In this document: positions 23,159 through 35,672 of the stretch, piece by piece
How positions within the stretch are numbered: position 1 is the first letter of the stretch
Layout of the letters: every line of letters begins with the position of its first letter
Assembly (NCBI GenBank): GCA_963823665.1
Contig: CAWGMQ010000011.1
Span: forward strand, 256,001 to 320,000
Direction of reading: 5' to 3'
DNA: 64,000 nt
From: an uncultured Planctomycetota bacterium
GTDB lineage: Bacteria > Planctomycetota > Planctomycetia > Isosphaerales > Isosphaeraceae
Program-made: the position numbers and the translations under genes
Notes under the pieces: generated by a model
What the model saw: only the letters and a program-made list of their open reading frames with translations
What the model was told of the DNA's origin: nothing
Database searches by the model: none

Positions 23159-26079
23159 TCACTTTAGCTTTTTCGCTCTGCGCAAGGTCGGCGGCTCGGC
23201 TCCCGCACTGATCGTGACCGGGATGATCTCCATCGGCTTCGTCAGCTTGATTGGCGCTTCGCTCAACACGATCTGCGGTTTGTCGGCCCCGTTCGGACCT
23301 TTGAAGATGAGAGTCGTTCCTGGTGTCAAATAACCTGGCGAGGAGATATACGCTCCGGTTTGCCCTGGTCCCGGATTGTTGATCTGATTGAACTCCGTCA
23401 GGTAGACACTCGGATCTTTGGAACCCTCGAGGGTAACCATGTAATCGTTTTGATATGCACCGTCGCCGCCGACCTTTTCGATGGTTGCCGTCGTCGTGAT
23501 CTGGCCCCACGGTATCGTCGGGTACCATGCGTTCGGGTTCGTGAAGGTGTCGATTCCCCCAAAACCGATGTCAAGGCTGTTCGGGGTGTGGTTCTCAACC
23601 GGGTTTCCCGGGGTCGAGCTCGACGCCAGCACGGGGCCGGGCGCAGCCGGGTTGGCCACATCATCGTCCACCGAGAAGGCATACCCGTCCATCTGCTCGA
23701 CGGTGTGAACAAAATAGACGTAAGGATCAAGATTGAACACGTTGAAATCCTTGCCGCCGGTCTTTGTTGTCGGGTCCGGATACCACGCTTTTTGTTGCGG
23801 AACCGCGATGAAATTCCAGACCCCGCGCAAGATCGATTTCACCACGTCACGAACGTCGCCGACCAGAATCGGCCCCACATTCGGCACGTTATAACCCGGC
23901 AGAAGCGCGTTGAACTTGATCACGTTGTCAACCAGTTGCGCCGAATAGGGCAGATAGATTGTGGGTACGATGGGCGCTTCGGCGATCATCGCCTCGTAAA
24001 CCGATCCCGCGAACCGCGCCGCCCTGTCTTTGTTCGCATCGGCGAACGTGAGATCATACGGTTTTGTGAAGCCCGCGCCAGATCCGAGCGGAATCGGCGT
24101 CGGCGCGCCGAACGTGTAAAGCTGGTTTACGGGCGCTGAGTCGCCCGGGATCATGCTCAGATAGATAATGTCACCTGTTGCGTCCGCTTCACTGATGGGC
24201 GCACCATTGGGATCGGTCATGGAAAGGATCGTGGTCCCCGTTGGAATTCCGCTGCCACTCACCGTCATTCCCACAGCCAATGCCTTGGTCGGAGCAGCCG
24301 TCAAAGTGATCTGGTTCAGTGGCTGAGTCGATGGGCTTGTCTGCCCCGGCGGTATGTAGTAATTGACATTGGCATAGGCCGTCGATGAAAAATCCTTCGG
24401 GAACAGGCCGACGTAGTACTTCGCCCACGAATACCACAGGTCAGTGATATCCGTGACCGCATAATCATTGACGGGCCTGATAAAGTCATACACGCCGTCT
24501 TCGATCTTGGCCGTGTGGCTGTTATCCACAGTGACCGTAAGAGCAGTCGGGTCGACTGTCGTGACTTTGGTTCCCGCCGGATAGTCTCCCAGGCTGGCAA
24601 CAACGTCCAGTTCGTGCTTTGGGTCACTATCAAGATAGTTCTTCAGCAACTCGAGCTGCGGCATGTAATTCGGCGCAAAATGGATGGTGTCTGCCTGCGA
24701 ATAAGTAGCACCGATGCTCGCAAGCCTGATCGGATCAGCGCCGCTGCTGGTCAGCAGCCAGTGGTTTCCCTCGGGATCATACGGGGAAGTGTTCACGGTC
24801 GCCGGTGCCGTCGGTGGACCTACTGTGACCGGGCTGTTGTCAAAAATGTTGGCGCCGGACGGGATCACGATATCACTGGCGTTGGGATTATAGTATTCGG
24901 GCCATCCCTCACCGCCGAAATAGTCGCCGAGAATCGTGTTATTCTTCTTGACGAACTCCTTGATCGGATTCTCGAACGCGTCCGTGCCAAAATTCGTCGG
25001 GTTCCAGCCGTAGTTCTCGTATCCGTAGTAAGTCGGGGGTGTCATCGTATTCAAACGATCGCCAAAAGTGATCGGAACATTGTCAGCCTCGATCGACACG
25101 GGGGCCGTCAGATTGTTGACGTACGAGACGTCGTAGTTAATCAGAGGAAATGTCTGGAGCGGGTCCGTGATGAACTGGGTCAAGTAGGGATCTCGGAACG
25201 TCCATTCCACGAGCTGCGCGGCGCGGCGGGTAACACGGTCTTGGGTATGGAAGCCCGGTAGAACACGATCGTCGGGGTCTGACCCGCCATATAATTGGAG
25301 GCCTGTGTGATCCAGTCTGTGCTCGCCGGTCCTGTGTATGTTTGAATGTTGATTTGTGCTGTAGGATCATAATTATAAATCTGGGTGGGTGCCGCGATGT
25401 CGGCGGGGTCAGTGGCGATGTACATGTTGTCTCCATCCCACAGCACCAGCGGCACCTGGAATGTGATCGAGGCCTTCGATGGCAAGCCCACAAACGTGCC
25501 ATCAGCCGTTTGATAGCCAATGTATTCTCGATACTCCATTCCGACGACATCCTGCGGATCATAATACGTGTTCGGGGACGTTGCGTTCGGATCCTGCCCC
25601 CTGTTCTCGCCTCGGATAAACGGATAGATCATGTTCGGGCCGTTGTTTGTCAGCGTGATGGTCTTCATCGCGCCGGCCTCTTCCGGTGAAGGAAAGCTCT
25701 CGTTCCAGGGAGCGCCGGGCATGGCCGCGCCGCCGTTCCAGATGATGCTGGACAGGGGCACGGCATTTGTCACTTGACTGGGTGGGATCTGGTTAGCCGG
25801 CAACTGGTCCTGTAAAGACACCTTGGCACCGTGCTTCCGTTTATGAACGCTGGCAACCTTCTCGACAGCCCGACCAACGTGATCCCCTTGAACGACGGCT
25901 TTAACCACATGCCCCAGGCCGTGCAATTCGGCGCTTCCGCTCAACATGCAGCGCTCTTCGAGCCGCAAAACCTCCGCCGCAATCCAAAGCTGGCGGTCAA
26001 CACGACGCCCGCTCCGACCCCGAGCCTTGCTCGAACGCAACCGCAGATGAAGCCCGGCTAGCGACTCGGAACCAAACAT
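23159..26079 (-). CDS. Large secreted protein with LEPR-XLL-like motif and a possible GH64/thaumatin-like domain; frameshift near 25215
   Basis: LEERCMLS, TITLTNN...IYPFI, EWTFRD, NYDVSYVNNLTAPV, LDPYVYFVH, YAFSVDDD. Confidence 0.7.
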
Positions 26080-26865
26080 GGCAAGCTCCCCAAGGTAGAT
26101 GTTCATCGAATGGCGAGCGAGTCAGAGCCGTAGGGCGCTCGGACTCGCTCTCGTAAAAGCGCTCCGTAACGTAAAGCGACCGAATCACCGGCTGGGGGTC
26201 AAAAGAAAAGAATCTCCCGAGTCCGGCAAACCCTTCGTTTCTCGGTCGCCCGCCAGCCCGGAACGCGTTCCAAGCAGATGGAGGCAGCAAGAATTGCGCA
26301 GATTGCGCAACATAACATAGCGCAAACCCTCGGCGAAGAAAAGGGTCCAAATATTTTTCACTGAGAGTTCATTGTCGGCAGGCTTGAGCTGACCGGGTCC
26401 GACCCCTGGATGAACCTCCCATTAGCAAGCGAGAATCTTGCAACGACGGTAGTGCAGGCAAGCGCACTCCGGCGTAATAGGCAAACTCCGCCCGCCGTGA
26501 GCCAGTCGAACGGTGTGCCGTAACCGAACATCTCGACTCCACGGAATCCCCCCACCACTCAACGCACGCCGCGGACGAGTGCACGCGGCAGATCCTCGTG
26601 CTCTCTTCCCTCTCTCCCTCGAGCTGATTCGGGTCAGATCGATGAGGGACTTGGCGGGTTCTGCCGCCGTACGGCAATTCCCTGGTGGTGTCGCGATATC
26701 GATCACCAAAGTGATCGGCGTCGCAAGCATTCGCCGGAATTCACTCCCACCACACTCCCGCCCTCGGCGAATCCTGCAACAACACGCGAACCAGGCCCGG
26801 GACTCGAACGGCGTACGCTCGAGCCCACATGGTCGCAGCACGCCCAGAACCACAGGACCCGCACG

Positions 26866-29800
26866 ATGTCTATTTCACCTTTCCGCAGGATTTGTCTCGC
26901 CGCCACACGCCGGACCACGGCTTCAGGCCGCGCTGCGGTGCGGCGCCGGCAGTTTTCGATCGAGCCGCTCGAGGGCCGCCAGTTGCTCTCGACGCTCCTG
27001 GTGACGACCACGACGGACAACGGCAGCAACACCGCACCAACCGCCGGCTCGCTACGCGCAGCCATTCTCGCGGCCGATGCCCAGCCGGCCGGGACCACCA
27101 CCACGATCGACTTCAAGATCGGCACCGGGTTGCAAATGATTCAACCGCCCGACGCGCTTCCTCAGATCACCCGACCTGTCATAATCGACGGAACCACCCA
27201 GCCAGGCTACGCCGGCGTGCCGATCATTGATATCGACGGTACCTCGGCCGGCTCGACTACCCGCGGGCTCGTGGTCGCCAGCACCGCGTCGGGCACTGCG
27301 TCGGCGCCTGGTGTAATTCGCGGGCTGGAGATCAACGAGTTCGGCGGCGGCGGCGTCTCGGTGCAGGCGAGCGACATTACCTTGAGCACTGACTACATCG
27401 GAATCGGTTTCCGCGACGGTGCCCTCGATCCGCGCGGCAACAGCGGCTTCGGCGTTCAGCTCTCAAGCGGAGCATCGAGCGACACGATCATGAGCAGCAC
27501 CATCGCGGCGACGCAGGGTAACGGCGTCGTGATCACTGGCTTGGGCACGACCGGTAACACCGTCACTGGCGACAAAATTGGCACCGACCCGACCGGCGAG
27601 CTCAGCATTCTCCCATACGGCTTGACTGGCAACACCGGCGACGGTGTCGTGATCTCAGCCGGTTCGACACACAACACGATCTCGGGCTCGGTCATCTCGA
27701 ACAGCGGCCAGCAGGGCGTCGCCATCTCGGGAGCGGCCACAGAGTTCAATCTGCTAACCGGGAACTTCATCGGACTCGATGCCTCCGGCAACTCGCCGCT
27801 GCGTAACAGCCTGGGGGGCGTGTCGGTCACGTCTGCGAGCTTCAATACTTTCGGCGGCACCACCGCCGCCGCTCGCAACATCATCTCCTTCAACGGCGGG
27901 CCCGGCATTGCATTCTCGGGCGACAGCAACAACCTGATCGAGGGCGACTTTATCGGCACGAACGCGGCCGGCAATTTTCCCGAGGGCAACTTCACGAATG
28001 GCGTGGCTTTCTCGGGTTCGATCAACGACACTCTGGGCGGCACCGCCGCCGGAGCGGGTGATCTCATCTCGGGCAACACCTTCAACGGCGTCTGGCTCAC
28101 GGCGGGATCGACCGAGATCCTGGTTGCCGGCGACAAGATCGGCACTGACCAGAGCGGCAGCACCGCCCTCGCCAATCAATGGGGCGTGCGAATCGATGGG
28201 GGCGCGAAGAACAACACCATCGGCGGCACGAGCTCCGCTGCTCGCGACGTGATCTCGGGCAACCTGTCGATGGGCGTCTTTATCTCGGACGCGGGCACCT
28301 CCGGCAACTTCGTGGAAGGCGACTACATTGGCACGAACGCCGCCGGCACGGCGGCTATCTGGAACGAGATCAACGGGGTGGACATCGTTTCCGGCGCAAC
28401 CGGCAACATCGTGGGCGGGACCACTGCCGGCGCCCGCGATGTGATCTCGGGCAACCTCTACAGCGGACTCGTCGTGGCCGACTCAGGCACCTCGAGAAAT
28501 GTCGTCGAGGGGGACTACATCGGAACCGACTTCACCGGCACCAAGGCGCTGGCCAACGGCCAGGACGGAGTCGACATCGTCTCGGGGGCGACCGCCAACA
28601 TCGTGGGGGGCACGACGGCCTCGGCCCTCGACCTGATCTCCGGCAGCAGCGGCTACGGGGTGCTGATCTCGGGATCGGGCACCGAGTCGAACGTGGTTGA
28701 GGGCGATTTTATCGGGACCGACGTCACCGGCACCAAAGCCATTGGCAACGGCGCCGACGGCGTGGAGATCGCCGCCGCGGCCGTCGCCAACACGGTGGGT
28801 GGCAGCGCGGCGGGGGCAGACGATGTCATCTCAGGGAACGCAATCGTGGGAGTTTACGTCCTTGGTGTGGGGACATCGAATAACGTCATTCTCGGGGACT
28901 TTATCGGCACGAACGCTGCCGGAACCGCGGCCGTTCCCAACGCCATCAACGGCGTGGACATCGTCTCCGGTGCGACTGCCGACACGGTGGGGGGCACGAC
29001 CGCGGGAGCACGCGACGTCATCTCCGGGAACATGTTCAACGGCGTCGTGCTCGCGTTTTCCGGAACGTCTGATAACGTCGTGGAGGGGGACTTTATCGGC
29101 ACCGAAGTCACGGGGACCAAGGCGTTGCCGAACGGCCAGTCTGGCGTTCAGATTGTCGACGGGGCGACCTGCAACACGGTGGGCGGCACCGCGGCCGCTG
29201 CAATCGACCTCATCTCGGGCAACGCGGGCGCGGGTGTTTTCATCTTCGCGCAGGGGACGTCGGATAACGTCGTGGAAGGCGACCTCGTCGGGACCAGCGC
29301 TGCCGGCACCGCGGCCGTCGCCAACGGCGCCAACGGGGTTGAAATCGCCTCAGGGGCGACAGCGAACACCGTGGGCGGAACGACGGCGGCGGCCCGCGAT
29401 GTCATCTCTGGCAATGAGGGCGACGGCGTGGTGCTCGAGTCGTCCGGCACCGAATCTAACGTCGTGGAAGGTGCTTACATCGGCACCGACCTGACCGGCA
29501 CAAGGGCGCTGGGGAACGCCGAGGACGGCGTCGCGATTTACGGCGGGGCCACGTTCAACACGGTGGGAGGCACGACCGCTGGGGCCCGCGATATCATCTC
29601 CGGCAACGCGAGCGTGGGTGTCTATCTCCTGGCGCAGGCACGTCGGAGAATGTTGTGGAGGGGGATTACATCGGCACGGGCGTTCTCGGCACGGCGGCGG
29701 TTCCCAACGCCATCAACGGCGTCGACATCGTCTCCGGCGCGACGTCGAACACGGTGGGCGGTACGACCGCGGGCGCCCGCGACGTGATTTCCGGGAATAC

Positions 29801-30836
29801 GTTCAACGGCGTCGTGCTGGCGTTCGCCGGAACCTCTTATAACATCGTCGAGGGGGACTATATTGGCACGGGGCTAACCGGCGCCAGAGCTCTCGCCAAC
29901 GGGCAGGACGGCGTGGACTTGATCGGCGGGGTAACCTCGAACATTGTGGGCGGCACGGCGACCGGCGCGCTTGACGTGATCTCTGGCAACGTCGGCAACG
30001 GCGTGCTGATCAGCGACTCGGGCACGGCCTATAACGAGGTCTTTGGCAACTCAATCGGCACCGACGTCACCGGCACCGTCGCCGTGCCCAACGCGACCGG
30101 CGTGGTCATCCAGAACACCGCCTCGTCCAATATCGTCGGCGGTCCGCTTGCGGTCTACCGCAACGTGATCTCGGGCAATTCCCTCGCCGGTGTCGTTGTG
30201 ACCGATCCCGGCAGCACCGGGAACACAGTGCGGTACAACTTCATTGGCAGCGACTCCACCGGCGAGCGCCCCATCTCGAGCCAGGCGGTCGGTGTCATCG
30301 TGGAAAACGGAGCGTCAGACACTTATGTTTACAATAATTTGATCTCAGCCAATTCTCTGGACGGCGTGCTGGTGACGGGCTCGAGCACCAGCAATAACTT
30401 CGTCGAGTACAACTCGATCGGGCTTGATGCCACCGGCCTGAAGGCCGTGAAGCAGGCGGGCGAGTTGTATAGCAACTTGACTGGCGTGGCGATATCGGCC
30501 GCGAATAACACCATGCTCGAGTTTAACTTCATCTCGGGGAACAGCACTGGCGTCTACGTCGGGTCAGGCGCGACGAGCAACTGGATCTCTCAAGACGACA
30601 TCGGCACTGGCATCGATGGGTTGACGAGCGTGGGCAACCTCGAGGACGGCGTGATTCTCGACGGAGTGAGCAACAACGCCATCGACGACGACCTGGTTAT
30701 CTACAATGGAAACGTCGGCATCGTGTATGAGAACGGTGCCACGGACGCCAACAACCCGCTGGCGTACTGCACATTCACAATCACCGTCAATGGGGTCACC
30801 TACGGCAACAAGAACGGTTCGATCGAGTTGACGTGA
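26866..30836 (+). CDS. Secreted right-handed parallel beta-helix repeat protein (LEPR-XLL); frameshift near 29630
   Basis: IEPLEGRQLLST, GSLRAAI, and many N.V.GD.IGT...G....N..GV.I...A..N.VGGT.A.ARDVISGN repeats. Confidence 0.85.
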
Positions 30837-31115
30837 GGCGCGACTGCCGGCCCGCCGGCATGCTTGGCGAGGAAGTAGGATCCCACACCGATCGGGCCGA
30901 CCACCGCGAGGGCGGCGATCCGCTGGAGCAGGCCGTGGCGATGGTTCAGGAACTCCTGGTAGCGTAGGGGAAAAGGTGTCAGGAACCGAAAAGAGCCCCG
31001 CTCACGAATCTTGAACTGCTGAGAATCAAAGACGCTTCGAGCCATGTCCTGACGGCCGCGTCCCGAATATAATATCGATCGGACTGGTGTGAGTCGTCCA
31101 AGGGAGGCGAAGACG

Positions 31116-31366
31116 ATGTCGAATCCGACCAACTACCCCCACATCGAGAAACGCGCTGATGGTAAACTCTGGCTGATCGCGACGCAAACGAAGGTTCTTG
31201 AGGTCGCGCTGGATCGTTTGGCGCACCACTGGGACGCCGATGAGATCCATGGTATCACCGGCTCGGAATTTGCATGGGCCAAGCCGTTCGCGATCTGGAG
31301 CTGATTGCTAAGATCCTGGATCCGGACGATCTGCAAAACCGCGTCGAGTATCTCCGCTACTCATGA
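31116..31366 (+). pseudogene. Collapsed DUF433/DUF5615 toxin-antitoxin operon
   Basis: DUF433 N-terminus YPHIEKRADG...TQTKVLEV...WDADEIH is joined at about 31250 to a DUF5615-type C-terminus LGICMGQAVRDLELIAKILDPDDLQNRVEYL in another frame. Confidence 0.7.
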
Positions 31367-33978
31367 GGGTGAGGGATTGACGGTACGAGGCCCCGCGAGC
31401 GCGGCCGCTGCCCCGCCACTTGGGTCCGCCGCTCATGCCCCGAACACGCTGCCGGAAAGGCACCAGATGGTTCCTTTTCGGAGAGAATGCGGTCGAGCGC
31501 GACGGGAATCTCCAGGCTCAAAGTAGCCAGTCGTCGCCTCAGCTCCTCGATGTAGTCTAAGTTAAACTGCTGGCAGTCGGGAGCGTGCCAGAGTATGCAA
31601 CGTTCCTTGTACTGCCAGTCAAGGTGCACGACCACCATGCTCGCGTCCTCGTAGGCCCAGACGGCAATCACAGTTCTTGAGGCGGAGTCCCTTGCCAGCG
31701 CAGATGGGGTGAAGATCTCGATCTGCTTGCCATGCTGCATACCCTTCACGACCGCCCGCACAGCCGCCCGGCTACGGCCAATTGGGATGACCGCAAGCTC
31801 GTAAGGCCCGACAGCGATCGTCCGGTGAGCGACGGTGGGCCGCGTGGAATTCTCCAGCGTGTCCATCGCCCCCTCCCACAGGCTGTGGAGGGTGTTCTGC
31901 TTGAACAGGAAAGGCTCGGCCGGGGAGAGCCGGACCGTCGGCTTGACGCGCGGGGCGTCGTCGTCTTCCTTTGATCGCTCGTCCCGGGGGATGACGCCTC
32001 CGACGTAAAACGGGCGCTTCTCCTGAGTCACCTGGCTCTCGGTGGGGCTCGCGTCGTTCTCGGCCTCATCGAGCTTGGGGTCGTCGATGACCGTGAGGAG
32101 ATCCTCGTCGAGCTTCTCGGCGACATCCAGCGGGATCGCGATGACCATCATCCGGTCGAGCTGGACGCCCGCCACGGGGACGTGGAGCAGCCTTCCGACC
32201 ACGTAGTCCCAGATCGCTTCGTGCCGGGGCCGAAACGTGCGCTGCCAGTGTGCCCGCTCGACCAGCGGGTAAACGACCTCGGGCCAGAATTGGGCGCTCG
32301 CCTGATCGAGGTGGTCGGATCGCATGGCGTAGCGGAGGACCGCCTGCCGGAAGTCGTCGTCTTCACGCCAGACTTCCGTGACGCGGTTCCAGAGAGACAC
32401 GCGGTGCGCGTCCAGCGTGGCGCGGGGTGGCGCGATCGTCGCCAGATCGGCGAGAGTGCGGGGCATCATGCCGGGGTTGAGCACGCCGTTCGAGTCGAGC
32501 ATCTGCCTGGTTGCGTAGTCGCTGGCCTCCTGCAGCCGCTTGCGGACCTGGCGGAATCGTCTGCACTTGCCGTGCGTATCGCGGCTGGCCAGGTACTTCA
32601 TCACAACGACGGGGCTGAGTGCGCCGCGAACGTCGGGGCAGTCTTGGAGCAATAAGCTGGCGCGATCGATCGCTTCCTCGGTCGGCTCAGCGGACATCAG
32701 CCAGGTCATTGCCAGCAGAAGCCGCGCGCGGTCCGCGTTCTTCGCGTCCAGTGGTCGTCTCAGAAAGATTCCCTGTCGCCGCGAGCCGCCCAGGAGGTAC
32801 GCCAGGTAGTGGCCGCAAAGGTAGCGCTCTTCTGGCGAAATCACGATCGGCGTGGCGAGCACCTTTTCGCACATCTCGCGGGCCACCGAGTCGCCGTACG
32901 ACTCCCTGGCCTTCGCGCGGCCGGTTCGGAACGATGTGAGGGGACCTCTCGGAAGGGACGGCGGCGGCCCCGTGGTGTCCGAGAACCGGTGAGGCGGCGA
33001 GGGAGAGTCCGTTGCTCCTGGCTCGACGGTTTCTGTATCAACCCGCCCTGTCCCCTTCGCCGCGGCATGCTCACCGCGCAGGTTGCCCACGGTCGCGGTG
33101 CGGGACGGCGGCCGGTAGACAGGGATCTGCGGGCCCGATCGCCTGATTCTGGGGTTGATTCGGTCGAGCCGCTGCGCGCGCTCGGCTTCTTCGAACAGCT
33201 CGAGTGCCACCACGTTGCCCGAGGCGGGCCGTTTGCTCGGATTCTTCGCCAGGAGCGAGAGGATCAAGGTCTCCAGGGTTGACCAGATTTCGGGGTTCTT
33301 GTCCCGGGGCGGAGTCGGTGCGGCGCTCTTGTGCTGGCCCATCACGGACAGCGCATCGCCGACGAACGGAACGTGGCCCGTCGCGCATTCGTAGAGCATC
33401 ACGCCCACGGAATAAAGGTCCGCGCGATGGTCCAGCGACGCCCCCCGGGCCTGCTCCGGGCTCATGTAACTGGGTGTGCCCCGGATCGTCAGACTTTGGT
33501 CCTTTCCGTCGCCGGTAACAAGCGACAGACCGAAGTCGGAGAGCTTCGCTACGTCGGTCGGCGTGAGCAAGACGTTGCCCGGTTTGACGTCGCGGTGGAT
33601 CACCCCATGGATATGCGCGTAGTGGAGCGCCTCGGCCACCTGTCCGCAGATTCGCAGGCGATCGTCCAGGCGCAGCTCTCGCAACCGCTTCGCAAAGCTG
33701 GGCCCGTTCACTTCCTCCATGACCAGGAAGCAAGTCCCTTCTGACTCGCCCAGGTCATACAGCCGCACGACATTATCGTGAACCAACCGGGCGAGAATCT
33801 GGGCCTCGAGGCGAATCTGCTTCGCTTCCTCCGCGGTGCGGGATTCCTTCAAGAATTTGATGGCCACGTTCCTGCCGAGCAACCGGTCGGTCGCCCGGTA
33901 AACGGTGCCCATGCCGCCTTGGCCCAGCTCCTTTTCCAGGGTAAATCGCTCGTTGAGCGTCGCGCCCACGCCGATCAC
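31357..33978 (-). CDS. Hanks-type serine/threonine protein kinase with a long C-terminal extension
   Basis: LGQGGMG, VAIK, HRDVKPGN, DFG, GTPSYMSPEQ, DLYSVG; AAGGAGG RBS before GTG. Confidence 0.92.
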   Translation of the reverse strand: MIGVGATLNERFTLEKELGQGGMGTVYRATDRLLGRNVAIKFLKESRTAEEAKQIRLEAQILARLVHDNVVRLYDLGESEGTCFLVMEEVNGPSFAKRLRELRLDDRLRICGQVAEALHYAHIHGVIHRDVKPGNVLLTPTDVAKLSDFGLSLVTGDGKDQSLTIRGTPSYMSPEQARGASLDHRADLYSVGVMLYECATGHVPFVGDALSVMGQHKSAAPTPPRDKNPEIWSTLETLILSLLAKNPSKRPASGNVVALELFEEAERAQRLDRINPRIRRSGPQIPVYRPPSRTATVGNLRGEHAAAKGTGRVDTETVEPGATDSPSPPHRFSDTTGPPPSLPRGPLTSFRTGRAKARESYGDSVAREMCEKVLATPIVISPEERYLCGHYLAYLLGGSRRQGIFLRRPLDAKNADRARLLLAMTWLMSAEPTEEAIDRASLLLQDCPDVRGALSPVVVMKYLASRDTHGKCRRFRQVRKRLQEASDYATRQMLDSNGVLNPGMMPRTLADLATIAPPRATLDAHRVSLWNRVTEVWREDDDFRQAVLRYAMRSDHLDQASAQFWPEVVYPLVERAHWQRTFRPRHEAIWDYVVGRLLHVPVAGVQLDRMMVIAIPLDVAEKLDEDLLTVIDDPKLDEAENDASPTESQVTQEKRPFYVGGVIPRDERSKEDDDAPRVKPTVRLSPAEPFLFKQNTLHSLWEGAMDTLENSTRPTVAHRTIAVGPYELAVIPIGRSRAAVRAVVKGMQHGKQIEIFTPSALARDSASRTVIAVWAYEDASMVVVHLDWQYKERCILWHAPDCQQFNLDYIEELRRRLATLSLEIPVALDRILSEKEPSGAFPAACSGHERRTQVAGQRPRSRGLVPSIPHPHE

Positions 33979-34381
33979 TGAATGGCCTCCTTCGCTGATG
34001 ATCGGTTCGAAGGTCTTCGCCGAAAACGACCGGAGCTAGGCGACCTCGGCCTCGCCGGATTACGGCCCTGTACAGAAGACGCGAATCTGCCCGGCCACTT
34101 GCGCAAAAAATCGCGGCGGGCAATCTCCCGACTTCCACGCGCTTCGGCACCGAGATGCCAGACACCCACCTTCTGCGCAGCGTCGGACACCGTGACGCTA
34201 GAGACCTAACTTCCGCGCAGCGTCGGCCACGCGCCTTCTTTTTTGTCGAAATGACCAGCGGCCGTGCCGTGGTTTTCCGCCGAACGTGTGGGCCGCGAAT
34301 GCATGGATGCCGTGCGCACGACGAAACCGGTGGGTGGCTGGATTCCCGATCAGCGAAGCGACCCGTTGCCAACCGCTGGAT

Positions 34382-34708
34382 TTAGCCGGCAATGATTTCC
34401 ACATGGCCTTGCGTATGAGGGCGTGCTTTGGACAGCTTGATCTGCACGTCGTAGCCCAGGCGGGTAATGAAGCGAAGCAGGCGGTCGCTGGAAAACCCGT
34501 CGAGGCGGCCGCGAAGCAGGTCGGATACCTTGGGCTGGCGGATGCCCAGCAGTTTGGCGGCTTCGGCCTGCGTCAGACGTCGACGCTGGACGATCCGCAG
34601 AATTTCGGCGGCCAGCTCGGATTTTGCCATATACTCGTCGGCATTCTCGATGCCGAGGTCGGCGAACACGTTGCCGCTGCCGTCGTGGATGGTGGTATCC
34701 TTGCTCAT
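34382..34708 (-). CDS. XRE/HigA-type antitoxin (HTH)
   Basis: GSGNVFADLG, LTQAEAAKLLGIRQPKVSDL..G.L.GFS.DRL. Confidence 0.85.
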   Translation of the reverse strand: MSKDTTIHDGSGNVFADLGIENADEYMAKSELAAEILRIVQRRRLTQAEAAKLLGIRQPKVSDLLRGRLDGFSSDRLLRFITRLGYDVQIKLSKARPHTQGHVEIIAG

Positions 34709-34773
34709 GGCTTCTTATCCTTCTGCTGTTTCGCGTACTGCTCGGCGGCGGCTTTCAGCCGTTTCTTGATCTG
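34705..34773 (-). pseudogene. 3' remnant of a Gp49/RelE-like toxin
   Basis: QIKKRLKAAAEQYAKQQKDKKP* overlaps the antitoxin ATG (ATGA); compare LIERRLKVA in 36008..36391. Confidence 0.6.
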
Positions 34774-34981
34774 CGGGCCAGGGCACGCATCTCAATTTGG
34801 TTTGCGTGGTTGGTTTGGTCAATGGAGTTAATGCCGCCGCGCGGCAATGCTTTGGCGATCGCTCAACGGGCTGAGCTGGGCGTGTATTGATAATTGCTGT
34901 TGGGCTCCCTGGTCTGACTGATGTCTCCGTCGGTGTCATAGGAGATCGTCATCAGGTTGAGCGGGCCGGAGACTCAGGGGT

Positions 34982-35408
34982 TCACTTGTGTCTCTCACCG
35001 GGGCCCGTCTGATAATCCCCGGCTAGGCCTGGGGACTCAAGTGATTTGCGAAATAGGCTCCAAGCATTCTCCGCTTGGTCGTCGCGAGAGCGCCTACGAT
35101 TACTTGACTCAAAATACTGGCGCCAGGTATCCACGACGAACGCGTATTTGTGAGCCAGGTCTTTGTCGGGCCCCGGCGGTTGTTCCTCAAAGATCTCGCA
35201 CAGTGTTCTGCCCAGAAAACCTCGCTCGGTTAAGTAACTATGGAGGGCGGGTCGTTCGACGGAATTGAAGCATTCGGCGCAAGAAATTGCGTAGGGCTTC
35301 GATCGCATAAAGCAAGTCGTCGAGTGATTCGGGCGAGGATGCATACGACTTTGGCCTTTCAAGTACGGCCCATACGAACGAATCAATTGCTGCCAGTATG
35401 TCATGCAT
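34982..35408 (-). CDS. Hypothetical protein, possibly immunity-like; probable frameshift near 35280
   Basis: MHDILAAIDSFVWAVLERPKSYASSPESLDDLL continues in another frame as LHSYLTERGF...FVVDTWRQYF. Confidence 0.45.
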
Positions 35409-35432
35409 GTTCCATCCCACTTTAGATAGCGT

Positions 35433-35610
35433 TCAATGCGAGACGGGTACCGCGAAGGAAGATTTTCTCAGCTTCTCGACTCGAGTCCACCGATATTCGG
35501 CGTTCGAGCCGATTTCCTCGAGGACGCCGGACAGCTTGGCTGAAATGACGGCGCTGCCGTCGCGGAATTGTCGGCCGGTGTATTCGACGATGCGCGTCAA
35601 TTGCACCAAG
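35433..35610 (-). pseudogene. C-terminal remnant of a RAYT-like (Y1) transposase, second copy
   Basis: IVEYTGRQFRDGSAVISAKLSGVLEEIG matches LVEYTGRRFRDGKAVISAELSEILERIG at 36580..36665. Confidence 0.65.
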
Positions 35611-35672
35611 TGATGCACTGATTCCCTGCCAATCGCCCGCCGCCGATGCGATTGCCAATCGCCGCTCGCCAC

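Noticed and set aside
13450..34775. GATC at several deletion junctions as a shared mechanism
   Set aside because: GATC is very frequent in this sequence and the junctions cannot be placed exactly without parent sequences.
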